Positions 40,845 to 49,446 of a stretch of DNA of 64,000 nt are shown piece after piece. The notes beneath the pieces are model-generated. The model had not been told where the DNA came from. It made no database searches and saw only the letters and a list, made by a program, of their open reading frames with translations. The stretch covers positions 1 to 64,000 of the forward strand of contig CAVWHX010000010.1 of the NCBI GenBank assembly GCA_963754925.1, in the 5' to 3' direction. Position numbers and translations under genes: made by a program. Each line of letters begins with the position of its first letter. Position 1 is the stretch's first letter. This stretch comes from an uncultured delta proteobacterium (GTDB lineage Bacteria > Myxococcota > B64-G9).

Positions 40845-41612
40845 ATGAAGAAATCGATTCGGTACTACATAGATTTAGTTACGGTGTTGACGCATAAAGA
40901 ATTAAAAGTTCGTTACAAGAGCAATGTCCTGGGTTACTTGTGGTCAATTGCGCATCCTCTTTCGTTGGCGGTGGTGTTCTATCTGACCTTTAAGATCATC
41001 ATGCGCATCAGCATCGAGAACTATGTCGTTTTTCTGATAGCCGGCCTGTTTCCATGGCAATGGTTCGGTAATTCGATAGGTGCTGCGTCTACGGTAATGT
41101 TAACAAACGCTTCCTTAATAAAAAAGATTAACTTTCCTCGCAATATCATACCAGCCGTACAGATATTGCAGGACATGATTCATTTTTTACTTTCTATACC
41201 GGTGATTGTGCTCTTCATGATGTTCTATAACATCCCGGTTTCCTGGTCATGGGTCTATGGGATTCCGATCCTGTTGGTTTTGCAGTTTGCGCTCAATTAC
41301 GGCCTAAGTCTGTTCCTTGCGTCTATTAATTTATTTTTCCGTGACTTGGAGCGGCTTACGTCCATTCTGATGATGTTGCTTTTCTATTGCACGCCTATCT
41401 TTTATTCAGAAAGGATGATTCCTCCAAAATACGCCTATCTTCTTTCGCTAAACCCACTTTCTCCCTTTATCATTTCATGGAGAAACCTATTTATGACCGG
41501 CCAACTGGACGTTACCTATTTATTGTTCTGTCTCATTTTTTCAACTGTTTCCGTCATGGTTGGGTATGTGATTTACAAGAAACTATCACCGAGGTTTGCC
41601 GAGGTTCTATGA
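40845..41612 (+). CDS. wzm: Polysaccharide ABC exporter permease Wzm
   Basis: ELKVRYKSNVLGYLW, LIKKINFPR, FRDL, TPIFY and LNPL; about 6 TMs. Confidence 0.93.
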   Translation: MKKSIRYYIDLVTVLTHKELKVRYKSNVLGYLWSIAHPLSLAVVFYLTFKIIMRISIENYVVFLIAGLFPWQWFGNSIGAASTVMLTNASLIKKINFPRNIIPAVQILQDMIHFLLSIPVIVLFMMFYNIPVSWSWVYGIPILLVLQFALNYGLSLFLASINLFFRDLERLTSILMMLLFYCTPIFYSERMIPPKYAYLLSLNPLSPFIISWRNLFMTGQLDVTYLLFCLIFSTVSVMVGYVIYKKLSPRFAEVL

Positions 41613-42343
41613 CCGATCCGGTTATCATTCTCGATAAGGTGAATAAGGGATTTCCGCTCTATCATTCGTTAACGAGCGGTATAAAGCGGTTTCTTTTCAA
41701 TCTTCCGCAAGGCATCAAATCCCTCCGAGTCAACTATTTTGAAGCCCTTCACGACATTTCTTTTCAAGTCAACCGTGGCGAGACCTTTGGAATCATCGGC
41801 CGCAACGGTTCAGGTAAGAGCACGATTCTGGGTTTGATAGCTGGTGTATTGAAACCTACTTCAGGCTCCGTCACCGTTAATGGCCGTGTGTCTCCCCTGC
41901 TTGAACTGGGGGCTGGATTTCATCCGGAGCTTTCCGGAAGAGAAAATATTTTCCTCAACGGTATATTGATGGGGCTCACGAAGGCTGACGTTGTGAGAAA
42001 GATGAATGATATTATCGAATTTTCCGAATTAGGCGAGTTCATCGATCAACCGATTCGGGTGTATTCCAGCGGCATGCTGGCGCGCCTTGGGTTTTCCGTC
42101 GTTTCATCGCTGGATCCGGAAATCTTGTTGGTAGATGAGATTCTCGCAGTCGGAGACTTTGCGTTTCAAAAGAAGTGCATTGATCGTATGATGAGCTATA
42201 AAAAGAGCGGGGTAACTATTGTTTATGTATCGCACGACATGGTGGGCGTAAAAGGCATATGTGATAGAGTCGTTTGGATCGATAATCATGTGATCAAGAT
42301 GGTTGGCGATGCTCCCACGATTGTGAAAAGCTATTTATCATAA
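41609..42343 (+). CDS. wzt: Polysaccharide ABC exporter ATPase Wzt (no C-terminal extension)
   Basis: GRNGSGKST, GFHPELSGREN, YSSGM, LLVDEILAVGD and SHD; 244 aa from ATG 41609. Confidence 0.93.
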   Translation: MTDPVIILDKVNKGFPLYHSLTSGIKRFLFNLPQGIKSLRVNYFEALHDISFQVNRGETFGIIGRNGSGKSTILGLIAGVLKPTSGSVTVNGRVSPLLELGAGFHPELSGRENIFLNGILMGLTKADVVRKMNDIIEFSELGEFIDQPIRVYSSGMLARLGFSVVSSLDPEILLVDEILAVGDFAFQKKCIDRMMSYKKSGVTIVYVSHDMVGVKGICDRVVWIDNHVIKMVGDAPTIVKSYLS

Positions 42344-42362
42344 TATCGAGCTGAGAAGTATT

Positions 42363-43631
42363 ATGTCGGGGTTTCAGAACTTATTTTATCGCTTGCGGGA
42401 TGGAACGCCATTGCGCCAACTCAACGATACCTTTCGTTTTCTCCGGCGAGAAGGCCCTGTGTTAACTGCCCGAAAGATCGTAAGAACGCTCACCATTAAT
42501 ACGAAGCGTACAGAACATAGCAATGATCTTAAACAGGTGATTCGACGTCATGGAAATAAGCCGATAATGATATTTATCCCCGGACACCTTGATTGGAATA
42601 TCCCTAATTTCCAACGAGCGCAGCACATAGCCATGAATCTGGCCAATCAAGGTATCCTCTACTTTTATTGTACGGAGAATCAGAGATATGACCGCGTGAG
42701 TGGGTTTCAATCCATTTCCGATGGTTGTTTTATAACTAACCGATATGATCTACTCAAGAAAATCAGACATAAGAAATGGTTTCATTTTCATTCCACCGAT
42801 AGAATCACCAATGTTAACTTCATCAAAAAAGAATTGGATTCTGGCAATGGCATTGTGTATGAATATATTGATGCCATTCACCAAGACATCTCACGCCAAA
42901 CGGTATCTCCTCATATACTAGCCCGCCATCGATCCATTCTTAGGGATGAACGGTGTTTGGTGGTTACAACGGCTGATAAACTATATCAAGAGGCTATGAG
43001 CGTTCGATCACGAAATTGTATACTATGCACGAACGGGGTGGATTATGATCATTTTCATCGCGATTTATCAAACGAAGCGGTTCCTTCCGAGTTGTCGCAA
43101 CTAGTCGGTAAAAACAGGCCAATTATCGGATATGTGGGTTCGTTCGCCAGGTGGTTCGATGACGAACTGATACAATACGTTGCCACTCATCGCCCGGAAT
43201 ACGAAATTGTACTCATTGGTTGGAAGTACGATGATTCCTTTGAGTCGTATTGTTTTAAAAATACACCAAATGTGCACATTATTGGTCCTATTCAATACGA
43301 GCGCCTTCCACTATATGCCCGTTTCTTTACGGTCGCCGTTATTCCATTTCGCCTCAATGAGATCACCGAAGCTACCTCTCCCATCAAATTGTTCGAGTAC
43401 ATGGCGCTTGGGCATCCAATTGTAACTACCGACCTCCGCGAGTGTCGTAAGTATCAATCTGTTTTGATCGCAAAAGACCGAGAAGACTTTGTCCGCCAAT
43501 TAGATCATGCGATAGTATTAAGAGATGACATTAGTTATAAAAGTCTTCTCAACACCGAGGCCCTTGAAAACACTTGGAATTCAAAAGGCAAATCGATCGC
43601 AAAACTTGTTTTCGATAATGAAATAAGGTAA
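42363..43631 (+). CDS. Glycosyltransferase (GT-B, TuaH-like)
   Basis: FQRAQHIA, NGVDYDHF, IGYVGSFARWFD and SPIKLFEYMALGHPIVTT. Confidence 0.9.
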   Translation: MSGFQNLFYRLRDGTPLRQLNDTFRFLRREGPVLTARKIVRTLTINTKRTEHSNDLKQVIRRHGNKPIMIFIPGHLDWNIPNFQRAQHIAMNLANQGILYFYCTENQRYDRVSGFQSISDGCFITNRYDLLKKIRHKKWFHFHSTDRITNVNFIKKELDSGNGIVYEYIDAIHQDISRQTVSPHILARHRSILRDERCLVVTTADKLYQEAMSVRSRNCILCTNGVDYDHFHRDLSNEAVPSELSQLVGKNRPIIGYVGSFARWFDDELIQYVATHRPEYEIVLIGWKYDDSFESYCFKNTPNVHIIGPIQYERLPLYARFFTVAVIPFRLNEITEATSPIKLFEYMALGHPIVTTDLRECRKYQSVLIAKDREDFVRQLDHAIVLRDDISYKSLLNTEALENTWNSKGKSIAKLVFDNEIR

Positions 43632-43633
43632 CC

Positions 43634-45322
43634 ATGGTTTCCGCGCTTGATGTCTTATCCTGGATAAAAAACAATACCATCAAGGGAGAAGGTGTAATAG
43701 TTCACTCCCAACGGCGGGTTGCGTATCCAGAGGTGACCGGCTATCTCATTCCTACACTCTCACGCATGGGAGAGAAAGATCTTGCGAGACAATATGCGCG
43801 TTGGTTGGTGAGCATTCAAAAAATTGATGGCTCGTACGGCAGCTGGGGCGGAAAGATAAGTTTTGCTTTTGATACCGGTCAAGTTATCAGAGGCTTGGTT
43901 CGAGTGCTTCCTGACATGCCTGAATTAGAAAAACCAATTGTTCGTGCTTGTGACTGGTTAATACAGCAATCTGCTCAGGGACGCATGCCCCTTCCCAAAG
44001 ACTTAACTCTATGGTCTTTAGGCGAGAGGGGCATCATCAGCGAAGCGATTCACCTGTATGCTCTCCCGGCTATTCAACAAGCGGGAGAGGTTCTCAACCG
44101 GAAGTACTTTATCAATTTTGTATGTCAGTCGAAGAATTATTATTTAAAAAACTGCGCGCTGACAGATTTCACTCAACCAAATATGTTGCTGCACTACTAT
44201 ATGTACATCCAGGAAGCACTCTGCGAGCTCGATGCAACCGATCTTGCCAAAAAAGGAATGGAGGTAATTTCGTCGTATCAACGGGATGATGGATCCCTCC
44301 CCGCATATTCCGATGTATCTTGGATTTGTTCTCCCGGTCAAGCACAGGCCGCGGTAGTATGGTTTCGTTTGGGCGAAATCGAATCTGGAAATCGAGCGTT
44401 ACAACATCTTGAGAAGTTAATGAACCCTTCGGGCGGTTTCTTTGGTAGCTATGGTACGGGAGCTGATTATCTACCAAATAAAGAAATAAGCTGGACGGCC
44501 AAATTCTTTTTAGATGCTAGCAACTGGCAAATTCAAAAACATTTTGATACGGATAGCGACCATCTCCCCTACAAAGTTTCTAATTCCGACGGACGGCTAA
44601 AGGCCATACTTGATGCAACCGGTCCGCTTGATGGTAAGAGCGTATTAGATGTCGGCTGTGGAAAGGGACGTTTTCTGAAAGCCCTAAAAAGAAAGTTTCC
44701 TTCCGCCGTATTGACCGGCATCGATCTTTCGGGTGCGTTACTGAAGTATGTGCCCAATAGCATTGCCACCGTTCGTGGCAACATGCTTGAAATGCCTTTT
44801 CCTGGTTCACAGTTCGACGTTGTATTGTGTGTCGAGGCACTCGAGCATGCCGTATCCGTTGAACAGGCAGTTGCCGAGATGTGTCGTGTAGCTAAGCCCG
44901 GTGGTAAATTAGTAATAATTGATAAAAGTGCGCATGAACTAGGTCGGGTTGCTATTCCATCCTGGGAGCAATGGTTTCTGCCTGATGGATTGGCCGATCT
45001 GTTAAAGGAATATTGTACAAATGTTTCATGGGAGTCAATAGCATATACTTATAGCAAATCTAATTCAACAGATGGGTGGTTTATCGCGTGGTGTGGAACA
45101 GTTAGGAAGGAACAAGGATCGGTACAACCCTCGATTGGTGATAATCAAAGGGAAAGCGTTGATAAAGTAACTTCACATCATTTACAATTCGAGAAAGATT
45201 TATTTGAACTGAAGATACTTAATAAATTGAAACATCTTGGACTAGTTATTAGGCCTTTGATAAACTATATTATTAGCCATGTCTATTATCAAATAGGTAT
45301 TCTTCGAAAAAATAAGAGATGA
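43634..45322 (+). CDS. Helical-toroid domain fused to class I SAM methyltransferase
   Basis: N-terminal AYPEVTGYLIPTL, WLVSIQKIDGS and FDTGQVIRGL; C-terminal VLDVGCGKGRF and FDVVLCVEALEH. Confidence 0.85.
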   Translation: MVSALDVLSWIKNNTIKGEGVIVHSQRRVAYPEVTGYLIPTLSRMGEKDLARQYARWLVSIQKIDGSYGSWGGKISFAFDTGQVIRGLVRVLPDMPELEKPIVRACDWLIQQSAQGRMPLPKDLTLWSLGERGIISEAIHLYALPAIQQAGEVLNRKYFINFVCQSKNYYLKNCALTDFTQPNMLLHYYMYIQEALCELDATDLAKKGMEVISSYQRDDGSLPAYSDVSWICSPGQAQAAVVWFRLGEIESGNRALQHLEKLMNPSGGFFGSYGTGADYLPNKEISWTAKFFLDASNWQIQKHFDTDSDHLPYKVSNSDGRLKAILDATGPLDGKSVLDVGCGKGRFLKALKRKFPSAVLTGIDLSGALLKYVPNSIATVRGNMLEMPFPGSQFDVVLCVEALEHAVSVEQAVAEMCRVAKPGGKLVIIDKSAHELGRVAIPSWEQWFLPDGLADLLKEYCTNVSWESIAYTYSKSNSTDGWFIAWCGTVRKEQGSVQPSIGDNQRESVDKVTSHHLQFEKDLFELKILNKLKHLGLVIRPLINYIISHVYYQIGILRKNKR

Positions 45323-45336
45323 TTTGTATGTTTTTT

Positions 45337-48300
45337 TTAATTTTTATATTTATCTATTACTGAAATCTCATTGTTACCACAGAAATCGTCTTCTACTGAC
45401 AAAATAGATTTTAAACTTCCAGTTTTCAACTCGCCTGTTATCACCATTTTATAGCAACGTTGTATGATCTCTTTTGGAAACTCTATATCTATAATATCTA
45501 CACCAAATAGTTTCAACATATCATCGATGAACTTCAATGCACCCTCATGAATGCGCCTGATCTTAGGGAATTCCCGTTGAGAAATACCGGGTTCTTTATA
45601 AATCGGTTCAGCACCTCGTTCATTCTCTTGGAAATAAAGCAACTGTCCCGCCGGAGCAGTTAATACAGCTTCTAATAAAAGGCTATAGCGGTGAATAGGA
45701 AGAACATCTTTCAATGGATCAATGAACTCGCCAAAATAACCCCGGCAAATTGAACCAGGGTGTTTTAATGAAAGTGCTAATTTGTCAGTTACAAAATAAT
45801 AACCAGCTAACGTAGTTCCGAGTAGACTAGATAGAGCTTTCTGTATACTTCCTGAATATCCGACATCCACAACTCCCACCTTACCAGATTTATTAATATT
45901 TTGTTCTGCACAATATTTTAACAATGCTTTACGTTCTCTCTTCGCTTGTAACAATAAAATATCATATACTTTTAAAACACTTTCATAAATTAGACTATAG
46001 TCTTCTGGTAAAGACACAATCTTTTTTAGAATATCTTTGCCTAATGTGCGTTCTATGCTTCCCATATCGCTAATATTTATACGTTTCTTAAAGAAATTTG
46101 TTAATGTTCCATTATAGTTCCTTTCTAACAATTTGTGAATATCATTTTCGTTCTTCAACGATGCAAACATCGCAGCTCGCCTCGAACAAATAAAATATGA
46201 TCCTTGCGGTAGTGCCATGCGGGATTTATTAAAGCTCTTATGTCCTACAATCATTTCATAAACCTGATTCAGAACAAATCCTTCTCTAGCAATAAATTTG
46301 AATTGTTTTATGCCATCCTTCTGTGAAACTTTTATAAGCCAAGAGAAGAAGTTGAAAAGTATTGGCCCAAATATAACGTATCCAAAATTGAAGGGATCAG
46401 ATAGCGGCTCCTTGGATCTAAAATAATCTCCCGGAGTGGGATTTGAACTATATAAATTCGCTATCATTCCGTACAGTAAATTGGCTTTCCAACTGTCATT
46501 AGGCTTCATCATTTCCCATAAAAATCCTCCCAAGCTACTTTGTCTGAATAAAACCGATGGTTTCATAACATGTACCGGATACATGTATTTACGATCAACC
46601 AACACCTGAACATCTGACTGTTCATTATCCCCGATATGTAAGAACTCGTCCTTCGTAACACCCTCGCAACTAAGAACATGATCCCATATATCGCCTCTAT
46701 CCTTTCTTTTGCCTATCTCACATGAAATATATAAAGCTTGATAAAAATCGATTCCTTTTGACATGATAATCTTTTCAACATGTTTTTTTTCTAGATACAT
46801 ATCAGTAACTATTACTATTTTTATTCCATAATCTTTGACTTCCCTAGCAAGCTTCACTACGCTCTCGCGAGGGGAAAGTATGGCGGATTCCGTCATGACC
46901 TCTAAATCGAGTATTTTATTCGCAACTGAGATACTGATTTTAGCAATTTCAGCAAAAACCACATATATTTCAGAAATAGTCACATCGCCTTGGAAATTCT
47001 TTCGTTCTCGAGCGATCCTCTCAGATTCATTTCGTTTTTTTTGAAAATTCTCGATCCTGAAGTATTTAGACACTCGTTCTTCAAGATAATCAAATACCAT
47101 TTCAGGTGTCGCAAAAGGTCGGACCAATAGAGTCTCAAAGAGGTCAAATGAAATTATCTTTGCGTTAGGCAATGCATCACGTATTCTAACATCAAATGGC
47201 ACTAATGAGTATTCAGAGAAATTTTTATCACTACGATACGAGAAAACGTGTTTATCATCGTCTTTTATCACCACATGCTTCAGTCCTTTGGTTTGTCCAA
47301 CAATAACAAAACATCTCTCAACTGCGTGTTGAAGCGCGCCATCCGTCTGACCAAACTCTTCAGGAAAATCGTCTCGTGTAAATTCCAAATTAATAAGTGG
47401 CTCCAGCGCTTCTCTCCGTGCCCAAAACATAGATCCTGCAGGGAAATCTATATATTCTTCTTGATCAAAAACGATACCTAGTCTTTCTAGTAATGACGAT
47501 CCTATGTTTTTGTTTGACAACCATGTATGGGCCCAATAAGATGTACCTTTCCACTCTTCTGGATAAATTATTCCCACTGATGGATCCTTTAAAAAAACCG
47601 ACATTATCGCCTTCACCCTATCCTTTGAGCCGAGTAACAATTTATAGAGGTAGTTACGCCACTCCGATCTATCGCTTCCAGTGAACATAGATTTCTTTGT
47701 ATGAATTTTGCATAAATAATCAAAGTTTTTGATTGATGACGAAAAGTCAACGAGCATTGGTGCAATGTCCCTACCACGGTTTTCAACGACTTTTATTTCA
47801 GCGCGTTCGACAAACGGCAGTTGTTTGACCTTTTTAGTGATGAATGCTCGTTCTTCTTCTTTACATATTGAGATCAGAAGTGTGTATTTAAAAGGAATGT
47901 TTTTAAGATAGGCGCAAATCTCATCAAATAAATCAACATAGTATACATGTATGACCGCTGCAATCTTTTGGTCTTCCAGGTATTTAAAATCTGAAGGTGT
48001 TATACAGAACGTTTGTTCTGTCATTTCATTGATTAGTATAGTTTTCTTTTTCTTATCAGATTTATTTATATAATTCCCAATACTTAATAAAAACTTATCT
48101 AGCCCATCATTAACAAGTATCCTACCGCCTTTCATAATTGAATTGTAATATTCTCGTCTTCTACTGCCTCTAGGCAATGACCTATCAATCACTCCTGTTC
48201 GGATCTTCGTTTTTAACTGCCAAACTAAACTTCTCCGCATATCTTCTATTTCGTTTAGCAAATATATCCGCTGTTGATTGATTTGCTGATATTTGTCTCT

Positions 48301-49383
48301 GAGCAAGTTCATCTGTGAGTTTAAGTTCTTATTAAATTTCTTGAGTTGTTTTGTTTCTTGGTTATAAACTTCGGCTTGAGTCTTAACCTGCCGTAGTTCT
48401 TCAGAAAGTGACGTTAGTTGAGTTTCTCGGTCTTTTATCTTCTTTTGGAGTTGAATCATCTCACGGTTGATAGCAGAGGCCTGAGCTGTTATTTTTTGAA
48501 AACGATCTGAAAGCAATAAGATCTTAGAGTCTCGGTCTTTTGTGATCTGGAGGAGTTGAATTGTATCCCGATTTAATGAATCGTATTCAGTTTCATTATA
48601 ATGGAGATGTTTCTTTTCATCATTTTCTGTTCCATTTTTTAAATATCGCCTTTTACTTTTTAATAATAAGTTAGGATTGGCCTTGACAATAAATTGGTAC
48701 GTTTCAAACTCTGGATTTACCTTTTTCATATATGTCGTAATTTCAGAGGGATATGAGTCCCATTCTGTCTTAAACTCAGTATATTTTGGATGTAAAATCA
48801 CCCGGTCAAGATGGGAAACGATGTAACCGGCTTCATCCAACATAATCTCAAGAGTATTTTTGTCATAAAAGTGCAAATGTGACCGGTCCAAAAGACCAAG
48901 ATCACGGTAGTTCCATCTGCCACTAAGCAATTCCAATGCGACTGAACCATGTGCCCCATTGGGTACTGACAATAAAAGAAAGCCTTTTTTCTTTAAAAAT
49001 GAGACGAGATTATCAAGTAGAATATTTGGATGTCTCAGGTGTTCGATTACATCAGCCATTATAATGACATCAAAACACTTATCTGACAGAGCCCTATAAA
49101 GATCCAATGTCTCAATGTCGCTTATTATCATATCAATGCAAAACGGCTTTGCAAAATCAGCTGCATCCTTATTCAATTCTATGCATGTAATTCGACAACC
49201 CATTTCTTCATTTAACACTTTGGTCATGTAACCGGTTGAACAGCCAATCTCCAAAACATCTTTATTTTTCCCGGTAAGTTTAATGATCTTCGTGTGAGCA
49301 CTGTTATCATTTTTAAGATCGATATCATTATGATATAGTATTTCCTCTTGGTCTATTGAAGTATCTTTTCTTTTCTTCATCAT
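45337..49383 (-). CDS. Multidomain glycan enzyme: methyltransferase + coiled coil + RgpF-like rhamnosyltransferase + HAD phosphatase/phosphoribosyltransferase (ribofuranosyltransferase-like)
   Basis: VLEIGCSTG, ADVIEHL and GLLDRSHLHF; Q/E/K heptads; IHVYYVDL, NRGRDIAP, KIHTKKS, FPAGSMFW and HAVER; SFDLFETL and HIGDN..SD; FIAREG and VVDVGYSGSIQ. Confidence 0.85.
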   Translation of the reverse strand: MMKKRKDTSIDQEEILYHNDIDLKNDNSAHTKIIKLTGKNKDVLEIGCSTGYMTKVLNEEMGCRITCIELNKDAADFAKPFCIDMIISDIETLDLYRALSDKCFDVIIMADVIEHLRHPNILLDNLVSFLKKKGFLLLSVPNGAHGSVALELLSGRWNYRDLGLLDRSHLHFYDKNTLEIMLDEAGYIVSHLDRVILHPKYTEFKTEWDSYPSEITTYMKKVNPEFETYQFIVKANPNLLLKSKRRYLKNGTENDEKKHLHYNETEYDSLNRDTIQLLQITKDRDSKILLLSDRFQKITAQASAINREMIQLQKKIKDRETQLTSLSEELRQVKTQAEVYNQETKQLKKFNKNLNSQMNLLRDKYQQINQQRIYLLNEIEDMRRSLVWQLKTKIRTGVIDRSLPRGSRRREYYNSIMKGGRILVNDGLDKFLLSIGNYINKSDKKKKTILINEMTEQTFCITPSDFKYLEDQKIAAVIHVYYVDLFDEICAYLKNIPFKYTLLISICKEEERAFITKKVKQLPFVERAEIKVVENRGRDIAPMLVDFSSSIKNFDYLCKIHTKKSMFTGSDRSEWRNYLYKLLLGSKDRVKAIMSVFLKDPSVGIIYPEEWKGTSYWAHTWLSNKNIGSSLLERLGIVFDQEEYIDFPAGSMFWARREALEPLINLEFTRDDFPEEFGQTDGALQHAVERCFVIVGQTKGLKHVVIKDDDKHVFSYRSDKNFSEYSLVPFDVRIRDALPNAKIISFDLFETLLVRPFATPEMVFDYLEERVSKYFRIENFQKKRNESERIARERKNFQGDVTISEIYVVFAEIAKISISVANKILDLEVMTESAILSPRESVVKLAREVKDYGIKIVIVTDMYLEKKHVEKIIMSKGIDFYQALYISCEIGKRKDRGDIWDHVLSCEGVTKDEFLHIGDNEQSDVQVLVDRKYMYPVHVMKPSVLFRQSSLGGFLWEMMKPNDSWKANLLYGMIANLYSSNPTPGDYFRSKEPLSDPFNFGYVIFGPILFNFFSWLIKVSQKDGIKQFKFIAREGFVLNQVYEMIVGHKSFNKSRMALPQGSYFICSRRAAMFASLKNENDIHKLLERNYNGTLTNFFKKRINISDMGSIERTLGKDILKKIVSLPEDYSLIYESVLKVYDILLLQAKRERKALLKYCAEQNINKSGKVGVVDVGYSGSIQKALSSLLGTTLAGYYFVTDKLALSLKHPGSICRGYFGEFIDPLKDVLPIHRYSLLLEAVLTAPAGQLLYFQENERGAEPIYKEPGISQREFPKIRRIHEGALKFIDDMLKLFGVDIIDIEFPKEIIQRCYKMVITGELKTGSLKSILSVEDDFCGNNEISVIDKYKN

Positions 49384-49446
49384 TTAAATCGCCTTTTACT
49401 TACGAAACAACCTTACTCGAATTAGTCATAAATACTCTCATTACCG

